This document shows, one piece after another, positions 11,279 to 21,221 of a DNA stretch of 64,000 nt; within the stretch, counting starts at the first letter, position 1, and each line of letters opens with the position of its first letter. Made by a program: the position numbers and the translations under genes. The notes beneath the pieces were generated by a model that was given only the letters and a program-made list of their open reading frames with translations, ran no database searches and was not told the DNA's origin. Source of the stretch: Alphaproteobacteria bacterium (GTDB lineage: Bacteria; Pseudomonadota; Alphaproteobacteria; MPNO01; UBA830); NCBI GenBank assembly GCA_964291215.2, contig OZ219791.1, positions 1,760,001-1,824,000 on the forward strand, read 5' to 3'.

Positions 11279-11437
11279 CGCGTCGAGTTTAAGATACCGA
11301 AAGAGCCACCCAACTTCAACCGCACCTAAGTTGCAAAAATGAGGCAGGTACGTTGTGCGTTTTCGGAGCCGTATGAGGTGGCGTGGCGGTACTATGAGGC
11401 TGTATCCGCCTAGCCTGCCCGGCGCCCGCCCGGGCAG

Positions 11438-11873
11438 GTGCCATGGCCATCATGTTCGTCAGGGATAGGCGACGCGCAGAACGGTTTCGACGAGCCGAAG
11501 AACCGATGGGTTTGGTGCGTCTTCACCACGCGCGACTTGAAGCGCTGCCGGCACATGGCCCGGCCTGCCCATCGGATACATCTCCCGCTCAACTCGCTGA
11601 TTTGTTCGCGCTATCGTGGCGCGCATGGATGGCCTTGTTTCGATTCCGAGTGCGCTTTCCTCGGCGGAAGGTATGAAGAAGCTATTGCGGATTTTGGCGC
11701 AGCCGGAAGTCTCACGGGCCGAAAGCGGATACCTGAGTTGCGGTAATGACGGGCCGCCCGGCGCGGAGATCACCTGGGACGGCCAGGCCGCACTGTCGTT
11801 CACTGCGTGGATACTTGGCCACAGTGTTGATGCCGGTGGGGACGACAGCGCCGTGCGGAAACACATCAGCTAG
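11438..11873 (+). pseudogene. degenerate host ORF remnant with a TPR-like fragment, interrupted by the IS pile
   Basis: GRYEEAIADF TPR-like segment, frameshifted; host sequence resumes at 16203-16214 and after 19322. Confidence 0.3.
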
Positions 11874-12717
11874 TGTTGTGTCCCGCAAATACGAGCAGAT
11901 AACCTTTCAAGCTTGTCGAGGATCGAATCTGCGGTTGCGACCCATACGAAAGGGGATTTATTGTGGTGTGGGATGAAGTGTTCAATCGTTCTGATGAGTT
12001 GAGGAACACTGTCGAACGACCCGCGCTTGTTGGCTGATGAGACCGAACCAGCGTTCCTGAGCCAGGAGGTGGAAGTGGAGATGGTAACGCGGTCGTTTGG
12101 CGACCGGACCTTGGGATGCTTGTGGGTGGCGTAGTTGTCCAGGACAAGATGGATATCGAGCTCGGCTCACGGTCAATCAGCCGCAGGAAGGCGAGAAACT
12201 CCTAGTGTCGATGCCGCCTGGAGCATCACCCGTCGCCACGTCCAGAGCAGCAAACAATGTCGTGGTTCCGTGCCGGATGTAGTCATAGCCTTCGACATAG
12301 CCCATGGGCTGGAGCGCCTGGCTCTTCTCGTCCACGCACAAGACCACGTCTGGAGGGTCAGGCCCGTGCCGAACCTTCTCGACGAAAAACGGATCGCTGG
12401 AGAGCTTGAAGGTGTCGCTCGAGTGTGGCTTGATCCCGAACAGGGCAAACCAGCGCTGCACGGTACTTTTCGACACGGCTTCGGCCATCCGTCGCACACT
12501 CCAGGCACCCGCATGGCTTTTGCTGCAGGGTCCGGTTGATCAGCTTCGCGACCTTACCATTAGGTGCGGGGTCGTCCCGGGCGCAACTCGCAGCCCCTCA
12601 AGACCACGCTCCAGGAATTGTCACCGCCATTTGCCCACTGCCGACAGCGAAACGTTGAGCTGCCGAATTGGTCTGTCCCCGGGCGCAGCACGATGCGTGC
12701 ACGCCAAGGCGTGGGGC

Positions 12718-14837
12718 CTTTCAACCGGACATGCTTAACTCGTTGTTCATGAGGCCGTACATGATGGCCCATGAGGATCGGCTTTCGACATCTGTCCGCG
12801 ACGACGGTTGACTGGGCGGCGTCGGCTGCCGAGGGCAGCACCCGCTCGTCCCTGGCGCGGGGATTGTGCGAGCGCGAGGGGTGGCGCAACGCGAAGGGAG
12901 AGCTGTGCCTTGCCTCGGCACGCGCGGGTCTGCCTGATCTTGCTGCGTCGCTCGACCTCGTCCTTCCTGCGCCCAGACCTCATGCCTTCGACACCCTTGA
13001 GCGGGACTATCCCGACCGAGCACTGGCCGGTACCCTGGAGGACCTTGGAGAGGTCACCGTAGAGCCGGTCGGCGAGGACAAGCGCCCGTTCGATGATGGC
13101 GACTTGGCATCCCGAGGCGTGTGCACCCGGGGCCCGTGTGAGCTATTGGATCACCTCGTCGCGCCTCGGCGGCTTGGTGTTCGGTGCGGCGAGTTGGCAC
13201 CAGAAGGCGCGCGACGACTTCTGGTCCCAGGGAGCCCGTGTCCTCGGCGAGATCGTCAACAACGATCGCTTTCTGATTCTTCCGTCGGTACATGTGCAGG
13301 AGTTGGCCTCCCATGCCTTGGCCTGCCGGCGTCTGGCTGCGGACTGAGAAGTACGGAGTGAGGCCGGTTCTGGCGTACACGTATGTGGGTCCCGAGCACA
13401 GCGGCGTGAGCTACCGGGCGGCGGGCTGGGAGCGCTGTGAGGAGACGATCTCCCGGGGCCACGGGCCCGGGCGTGCAGCGCGCGGTGTGGATGAAGCCCC
13501 TGGCGCGCCGTGCTGTGCCGGGAGCGTGTCTTGGGCCAGGCGGCGCCCCTGGTCGGTGATGACCGCTGGGCGATGCGGGAGTACGCCCGCAGCCGCCACA
13601 GTGACGTGCGCATCCGCGAGCGCCTGATCACCATGGGCGTGGAACGATCGTCCCGGAGAGATCCTGCCGACGATCTTCCCCGGCGAGGCGGAGCAGAAGG
13701 CGGCCCTGTTGTCGAATCCGAGGGTGATCATATCCTCGAGGGGCACCAGGAAGCGATGGTGGAACGCTGCCGTTCGCAGCGCCTGATCCTTGCCATCCAA
13801 GACACGACGTTCTTGAATTACAATGGCTTGGAGGCGGGTCTTGTCGACATCGGCGGCTCGGGCACCCCGGGCATGGCGGTCCATGCCGGGGTTGCCTTCA
13901 GCGAAGGCGGCTCATCCCTCGGCCTGTTCCATCTCGACGCCGACTTCCGTCTCAAGCCAGAAGAAGGACGAGGCGGACGACAAGGAGAGCCGGCGGATAC
14001 GACAAGGAACTGGCCTGTCCTTCGACAAGGGTGCTGGTGATCTGTGACCGTGAAGGCGACATCTGGGACCTGCTGGCCCGGAGCACAGTGCACGAGTGCT
14101 GGTGCGTGTCAGGCCACGGCGCCCACCGCAACGGGCGCATGCCGGGACCTTTGGGACTACATGGCCGATGAGCCGTGCATCGCAACGAAGCTGATCAACA
14201 TCGAAGCCTGCGGAGGGCCGCGTTGCCGCAAGGAGCGCAAGGGCCTCGAAGTCCGCGCGGCAAGGGTCGACCCGCCGGACAAGAAGCCTCAGGTAACGCC
14301 GCCGCTCTCCATGATGGCGAGTCACGGAACCCGCCCCACCGCCAGATCCTCTCGACTGGATGCTGCTCACCACCGAATGCGACGTCACCACAGCCGATGC
14401 TCTCAAGACCGTCTCCTTCTACGAGAGGCGATGGTGGATCGAAGAGTACTTCAAGGCCTTGAAGGTCGGCACACGGATCGAAGACCGGCCAGGCTGACGA
14501 TCTGAGGAAGTGCCTGGCCTTCGACGCCATCACCGCATGCCGCGTCATGAGCGTCTCGCACGCCCGACACCCCGGCCCGTCACATCGTCCACCGCGACGA
14601 GATCACGGTCCTTGCCCTCCACAAGACCGGCCGACAGCACACGCCGCGTGGACCTCCCGAACCGACCAGCCTTCGCCGTCGCACGCGGGCTTCATTTCCA
14701 GAAAACGCCAACCCTTGCCGGGGACCGAGAAACTCTGGCAGGGATACAAACTCCTTCTCAACTTCGTCGAACATCACCGAAAGATGCGGAAACTCGATAT
14801 GCTGAAATAAATGGCTTCAACAGTGTCCGGTTGAAAG
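12718..14837 (+). mobile_element. degenerate IS4-family (IS50/Tn5-like) element with an N-terminal DUF4338-like domain
   Basis: IRs CTTTCAACCGGACA / TGTCCGGTTGAAAG; perfect 9-bp TSD GCGTGGGGC (12709-17, 14838-46); LAIQDTTFLNY, RWWIEEYFKALK.GTRIE, PLPGTEKLWQG. Confidence 0.88.
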
Positions 14838-14977
14838 GCGTGGGGCATTGAGGTGGAGCGGGAGAGAGCGGTCAGGTGTTCATGTTGCTCATCGGTGAGC
14901 ACCAGAGGGGGAAGTTGGCGGCCGCGGGGCATCTCGCAAGGTCTCCTGTTACGAGTGAGACCGAGAATATATCACAC

Positions 14978-16176
14978 CCCCACTTCCAGTCTGAAGTGCA
15001 ACACCCGGCCCTCATCGCAGTGAGGGCGTAGCCCGAACGGAGATGAGGGCCGGGTGTTGCGCAAATTTTTCCCCTCTGCCCCTCTCGATTCCGCCTGGGA
15101 ATAGCTTCAGTTCCTTCAACATCGAGCTTATGCAACGCCTTTGTCGGCTTCAAGCCACTATTCCGCCGTCGCGCGGCATGGACCCTGCTGCACGTTGCGG
15201 CTTTGGAACGCAGATGGTCAGGGCGGTTTCACTTCAAGATTACCTCCGTCGGCGATCCCAGGACTTTCCGAGTGTTGAGCCGCACCTTCTGAACATCTTC
15301 GTTGCATGTCGCGCGAAAGTCCGTGCCCTTCGGGAAGTACTCCCGCACCAGGCCGTTGGTGTGCTCATTCAAGCCGCGCTCCCAAGAATGGAAAGGCGAA
15401 GAAGAAATCTGCGTCAAGTGCGACACGCCTGTGGTCTGCGAACTCCTTGCCGTTGTGATTGTGTGGACCAATAGCGCACCAGAGCCGAGCAGGCGGATCA
15501 TACCGACCGTGTCTTTCTGTCCACCCAGCAAGGTGTATTTCGTGGCACGAGCGACACGACAGCTCCACTGTGAGCTTTGCCGATGATGGCTCCCAGTCGC
15601 CGACCCGTTCCTTTGCCTCCGCAGGGCGCTCGGAAATGTCCACCCGGCCGGAATAGCATCCGCCCTTCCAGTTCGGCTTCTTGCCGCGCCGCCGAAGCTT
15701 CTTCCACAAGACGCCCCCGGCTCTCCGATCTTCATGAATGCGATCATAGATCCGTTGCCGACCCACTGGGCGGCCCTCCAGTCGAAAACGGCCGCTGATC
15801 TGCTCGGGGCCCTCCCGCAGCTTTTTCTGAGCCTCAACCCGAGGCGTCAACCGCCAGGAAACAGACGAGGCGGCCCTGCGTTTCTGCCATCCTTTGCGCC
15901 TGCTTGTGACGGTAACCCCGTCCCCCGGTGTTGCGCTTGATCTCCCGGAAAATTGTTGATCGGCCCAGCTGCCGAGCAATCGCACCTTGTGAAAGACCGC
16001 TTTTCTGCCTCAATCTGGCATCGCTCTTCGTAGGTGACGGTAGCCTTTGGACATGAACAAGCTCCCTCCATCTTGTACAGGAACTTTCGCCGCTGCTGGA
16101 CAGCTCCGCAACATCATGCGTCTAAAAACACATGGCCACAGCCCATCATGTGTTGCACTTCACTATGGAACGGGGG
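14978..16176 (-). mobile_element. degenerate IS30-family element, copy 1
   Basis: About 26-bp IRs ending TGAAGTGCAACA; 3-bp TSD CAC; TYEERCQI, WERGLNEHTNGLVREYFPKGTDF, NGKEFA. Confidence 0.85.
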
Positions 16177-17487
16177 CACTTATTTGCGGGACGCTACACT
16201 AGCCAGACAATCATCACGGCGATCCCACGCTAGGTTTGTTGGAAGGGTCGGTTTTGCTTGTTCAGGATGATTCGCATTTTCGCTGGCTTTTTGTGAAGCG
16301 GCGTAGTATCCGTTGTCGTGGGGGCAGCGGATTTTTTTGAGACGACTCCGGAGGGTTTTGAGCTCCGGGATGTGGTTGTGCGCCTTGCGCGGCCTGATGT
16401 CGCTGGAATCGTGTCGTTGACCGTCATCCTTGGTTTCAAGCAGTTTGCCGGTCGAGGTCTGCGTGTTCACCTGGCGCGGGCGGTGGATTGGCACTGCAGG
16501 CTGGCAGACGGGCGCCCTCAGCTGCGCACCCGTTGGATTGGCTGGCGCCGCGAGGAACAGTTCAGGCGGTTGCCGGGAACAACACGAGGTTTGTTGTTCT
16601 TGGTGGTCGTTTCCGGGCCTTGCCTCGTTTGCGTTGTCGCGGATGGTGCGGCGGCGACTGGGAGGCTGCCGTTGCTTGTTGCGGAGTCGTTTGTCTTGCC
16701 GACGAAGTTCAGCGGCACCATGTACAAGGCGGCGAACTGGGAGTGCGTTGGCAGGAGCTATGCGCGCGCCAGCGGGCGCTATACCGACCGGGGAGGCGAA
16801 GGATCCTTACGTGTTTCCGCTGCGTCGCGACGCGGGATCGTTCGCCGCTTCCTGTGGCGTGGGAGTTGCGGGCGCCGCTGGTCGGCGCAGGAGTTGCGCT
16901 CGATTTATCAGCGGCGCTTTCCGGCGTGCGCAGGGGCACCGCATCGCCTCGGTGCTGTGCGTGATGGCGCGGCTTGCGAACCGGCGCGGCGGCGCACTAC
17001 GACGCAGAAGGAGCTGGAGCAGCGTGGAAGAACAGGGACAAGCCGGTCTCCACCGTGCACCGGGTGCTGCAGAACACCGACCCGGGATGGATCGAGGATG
17101 CGGCGCGCAGCCGCAGGTCGGCAACGCGGTCGACGGCAAGCGCACCGGCGAGGATCATTACGAGACGGTCTCGCTGGCCGGTATTCGATCCTCAACTGTC
17201 ACGACGGGGAGATCGCTGCCGTCCACGCCGCGACGGCCGTCTGCTCATCCTCGACGCGCTCCACACCACCCGCGAGGCTGATCGTCGAGACCCATCGCGC
17301 GGACTGATGGTCAAGGGCAACGCACCTTCGAGAGCATCAACTGGAAGACCGCGAGCGCTACAGCGAAAAGCCCGCGCATGGCCGCCAGCGCATCATCTTC
17401 ACCCCGCTGGCGAAGATGATCAACTAGCAGATCTTCCGCGTCACCCGGCGCGTCGAATTCAGGAAATCCGGAAAACCGAACACGCCA

Positions 17488-18851
17488 TATGACCAGGTTT
17501 TGTCCCCTTGATGATGAAATCATCCACAGCAGTTGGGGGCGGGAAAATGTGGATCTGTGGGAAAGCTATGGTTGCAGAGAGATTCCGCTCCCCTGAGCGA
17601 ACACGCACAGGGGAGCAAACGATCTCCGCGGAGGTTGCCGTTTTGACCTTGACAGAGCCGCGACCGAGTGTGGCAACCTCCCTTGACGTTCCTCGCTGGA
17701 TGCTTGGGTTTGAACCCGTATCATCGTAAGGCGAGGAGCAAGGGACGATGGTCAAGATAGTAGCAGGGGTCAGCAAGGCCAGTCTGGACATCTGGCGCAT
17801 TGTTTTGCGAACGACGCCACGGGCAAGTGGCTTCGCGGCCTCGGGGTGAGCCGGGTGGTAATGGAGGCGACAGGCCGCTATCACCGCAAGGTTCACCAGT
17901 GTCTTCATGACCGGGGCTTCGAGGTTATTCTCGTCAACCCGTTGCGGGCTTCGCCGAGGCGATGGGCCATCTGGCCAAAACCGACCGCGTCGACGCGTTG
18001 ATGTTGGCCAAGATCGGCTGGGCGATCTCGAGCCTGTGGCTCCGCCTTCCTCAAGAGCTTGGAGGATCTCTTGGTGCCGCGCTTGTCGACGCCAAGCAGG
18101 TGGCAGATGAGGTAGATGGCGAAGGCGAGACCGTCACAAGGGCCTCAGCGGCCGATCTCGATGACCGCATTGCCGGCGCGGCGATCAAAGCGGTGATCGC
18201 CGGTGATCCCGAGCAGAGGTACGCCATCCTGACCTCGATCCGGTGACCGCCGCGGCCCTTCTTTGCTGGATGCCCGAACTCGGCAGCGTCGGCAGCCTTG
18301 ATCGGGGTGGCGCCAACGACCACGGTGCTCGGCACATCCGTGGCGGGCGCCGAAGGCCACGTGATCTCCTGTTCATGGCCGCAACCGGCACGCTTCAACG
18401 CGGACCTGGTGCGCCACAAGGCCCACAAAGTCGCTATTGTCGCCGTGATGCGCAAGCTCTGGCGAACACCTTGCTGCGACAGCAGCGTTGCCTGAAGCAC
18501 CGGTGAGTGAGCGAAGGAGACACGGCCCTGCCGAGAGCGCGATCGGGACTGTATCGACAGTCTCCCTCTACGACACGACTTGGGGAGAATGTCTGCAGAT
18601 CATCGTCGAGGTCGACATCAAGGAGATCGAACCGCCGCGCGCCTTGTGGACGGGACACCTGGAACCCGGACGGTCACGTGCCCGGGGACGGCAAGGTAGC
18701 CGCGTTCACGTGACCAATGGACGGCAACCCGCCGCCGGGACCACAAGCTTCATGTCGCCTCGCTCGCAGAGCAAATCCCACACCGCTTGTGGACAACCAC
18801 AGAAAACATCACCACAGACACCCGCAAAAACCTTGCCAAGAAACATGGATG
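17488..18851 (+). mobile_element. degenerate IS110-family (bridge recombinase) element, copy 1; ORF from ATG 17748
   Basis: GV-SKASLD, MEATGRYHR, KTDRVDA, IGVAP, RHIRGGR; long non-coding ends; CT core at 18852-53; no IRs seen. Confidence 0.85.
17587..17745 (+). ncRNA. putative IS110 bridge RNA (5' stem-loop, target-binding loop, donor-binding loop)
   Basis: Hairpin GCTCCCCTG/CAGGGGAGC; stem GGAGGTTGCC (17630-39)/GGCAACCTCC (17672-81) encloses TGACCT and CGACCGAG; stem CCTCGC/GCGAGG encloses TGGATGCT and TCATCGTAAG; these segments match the insertion site and the element ends. Confidence 0.8.
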
Positions 18852-19825
18852 CTCGGTCAAGCGCGCCTCGCCGCAACAGCTGCTCGCATGGAATCGCGGA
18901 CACCGGGTAGTCGAGAGCCACCATCATGTCCGCGATGCCACCTTCCGCGAAGACGACTCCATGCTCCGAACGCGCCCGCAAACAACGCGATCACCCTCGC
19001 AATCATCATCCGCAACAAACGCAAGCTGCGCAAACCCTTCAACAGCTTCGTCGACACCACTATGCCGACAAGCGCAAGCAAGTCCTGCACGCAATCACAA
19101 GACCAGGCTGACCGCGCCTCTCTCCCCGACAGAAACTGCAAGCTTTCGAGCCCGGCAACCAAGGCCTCTCGCTCGCCCCGGATACGCCGACCAATCGCGC
19201 CCCGCGCCGTAACAGCGCGTCAGCAAATCTCAAAATCGCAGCCTCGAACGCGTCGACCCGCGCCGCGATCAGGACTCCGATCACATCACATCAACAAGCA
19301 TGGGATCACCTTGGACAATCATGCTTCTGCACAAGGACACTTGGCTGACTCGCACCGACAACGGCCCGGCGAGGCGAGCCAAGCCTCAACAACATTGCGC
19401 TCCGCGGTGATCTTCGCCAACCGCCGCGAGGCTATCGACTCCCTGACCCGGCCCCGTCAGGAATCGAAAACGAGTTATTCGGGTCGGAAACGCTGCCCGT
19501 GTTGGCATGCGGGCGGCCCCGAAGCCACGGAATCCAGCCAGAACATGCCGAATTTGGCCTCCGTTTTTTTCAACCTCCCGAAAGATCAGTTGCGGAATGG
19601 GGTAGTCCTGCTACACCGTCACACTGCGCTGGACAAGACGGAGCATATGCATAACGAAACATCATTCGGCCGGAATCCCGGCCCCTGTGCCTGATGTTAC
19701 CACTAATGGCCCAACTTGCCGCATAGAACTGCGACGGAGTGGTACCTGCGGCCCATTTCGCCTATTGTGTCGCGTGCACGGCCGTCACGCTGATTGGCCG
19801 CAACTTCGGGGAAGCCAGCGCTCTA

Positions 19826-21211
19826 ATGGTTGTCGAAGTGCATAGCGACGGTTCTTCGGTGCTTCCGCCTCCGGACGAGGGGACGGCCGTGGCGCCTGCG
19901 CACCCGGCCGGCAGGGGCGGCCCGTCCCGTGCGCCCGGACGTATCGTGCCCCTGTTGTTCAAGGCGGCCGTCCCGCTGGTCGTGCTTGGCGGTGCCGTCA
20001 CGGTCTATCAGTACATGCTTACGACGAAGCCGCCTGTCGTCCGCAAGCCGGTGGCGGAAAAGGTTTTCTTCGTCGATACCGTGACGGCGCGGAAAAGCGC
20101 GGTCACGCCGCAGCTGGTGCTCTACGGCACCATCGTCGCCCGGCGGCAGGTCGATCTGCGCCCCCTGGTCTCTGGTCGGGTCGTTCGCGTTGCCGAGACA
20201 TTTGCCGACGGTGGCATCGTGCGCAAGGACGACCTGTTGGTCGAGATTGATTCGTTCGACTACCGGATCGCGGTGACTGAAGGCAAGGCCCGGCTCGCCG
20301 AGGCCCGGGCCCGCCTGACCGAGATTGAGGCTGATTTGAAGGGTGAGAAGGCCCTGATTGAGCAGGAGCGGGCACAGACCGTGTTGCGCCGGCGTGACCT
20401 TGTCCGGCGCCAGTCTTTGCTCGACCGCGGCGCCGGCACCGAGAAACTTCTTGACGACGCTAAGCTGGCATTGAACAGCCAGCAGCAAAGGTTGGACGAG
20501 CGGGTCCGTCGGGCCGCGATCTTGGAAGCGCGTCTCGCCCAGCAGCAGGCCGTGATCGCACGGGCGGAATGGGCACTCACCCGCGCCGAGAGAAACTTGC
20601 GCGATACCCGCCTGCTGGCGCCGTTCGACGGCTTCCTGGGCGACATTTCCACCGGGATCGGCAAGAAGGTCGGCGGCAATGACAAAATCGCCCGCCTGAC
20701 TGACGCCGGCAGTTTCGAAGCGGAATTCCAGGTCAGTGACGCTCAGTACGGCCGTCTCGTCCGCGAAGGCGGGGTGATAGGCCGGCCAGTCTCCGTCGTC
20801 TGGCGGACCGGCGGGCAGAGCTTCGCCTTTCCGGCGGCCATCGCCCGGGTCTCAGACCTGGTGTCGAGCACGAGCGGCGGCGTGAACCTGTTCGCCCGGC
20901 TGCGGGCTACCGACACGTCGACACTGCTGCGGCCGGGTCTGTTCGTCGAGATCGAAATGGTGGACACGACCTACCGGGACGTCTACCGGCTGCCGGACGA
21001 CGCCCTGCACGAGGATCGCTTCGTCTATGTCGTGGACGGCGGCCAGCGTTTGGTCCGCCGCGAAGTGACTGTAGCGGGCCGCGTTGGCAACGATATCCTG
21101 ATGCGCGGGCCTGTTGCGGACGGCGAGCGGATCGTGGCGCGCATCTTTCCCGAAATCGGCCATGGCCTGAAGGTGGACGTTCCGACCGGGTCCGTCCAGA
21201 ACCACCGCTAG
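19826..21211 (+). CDS. RND periplasmic adaptor (MFP) with a long coiled coil
   Basis: TM segment; LRPLVSGRV...EIDSFDY; LLAPFDG; LRPGLFVEI. Confidence 0.9.
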   Translation: MVVEVHSDGSSVLPPPDEGTAVAPAHPAGRGGPSRAPGRIVPLLFKAAVPLVVLGGAVTVYQYMLTTKPPVVRKPVAEKVFFVDTVTARKSAVTPQLVLYGTIVARRQVDLRPLVSGRVVRVAETFADGGIVRKDDLLVEIDSFDYRIAVTEGKARLAEARARLTEIEADLKGEKALIEQERAQTVLRRRDLVRRQSLLDRGAGTEKLLDDAKLALNSQQQRLDERVRRAAILEARLAQQQAVIARAEWALTRAERNLRDTRLLAPFDGFLGDISTGIGKKVGGNDKIARLTDAGSFEAEFQVSDAQYGRLVREGGVIGRPVSVVWRTGGQSFAFPAAIARVSDLVSSTSGGVNLFARLRATDTSTLLRPGLFVEIEMVDTTYRDVYRLPDDALHEDRFVYVVDGGQRLVRREVTVAGRVGNDILMRGPVADGERIVARIFPEIGHGLKVDVPTGSVQNHR

Positions 21212-21221
21212 CGCAGCTGCC

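Larger units (their letters stand above)
11874..16198 (-). mobile_element. degenerate IS630-family element hosting two nested IS
   Basis: IRs TGTTGTGTCCCGCAAATA / TATTTGCGGGACGCTACA; CTAG on both sides (11870-73, 16199-202); IKPH..TFKLSSDPFFVEKV, CVDEKSQ, DYIRHGTTTLFAALDVATG. Confidence 0.85.
16215..19313 (+). mobile_element. degenerate ISAs1-like element with a DUF4338-like domain, copy 1 (interrupted by IS110)
   Basis: IRs CACGGCGATCCCACGC / GCATGGGATCACCTTG; TSD GACAATCAT (16206-14, 19314-22); AVDGK, LDALHT, VKGN, NRGH..ESHHHVRDATFREDDS. Confidence 0.85.

Noticed and set aside
6190-16860. Druantia anti-phage system
   Set aside because: The DUF4338-like domains sit inside IS inverted repeats, and no DruE helicase or other dru genes are present.
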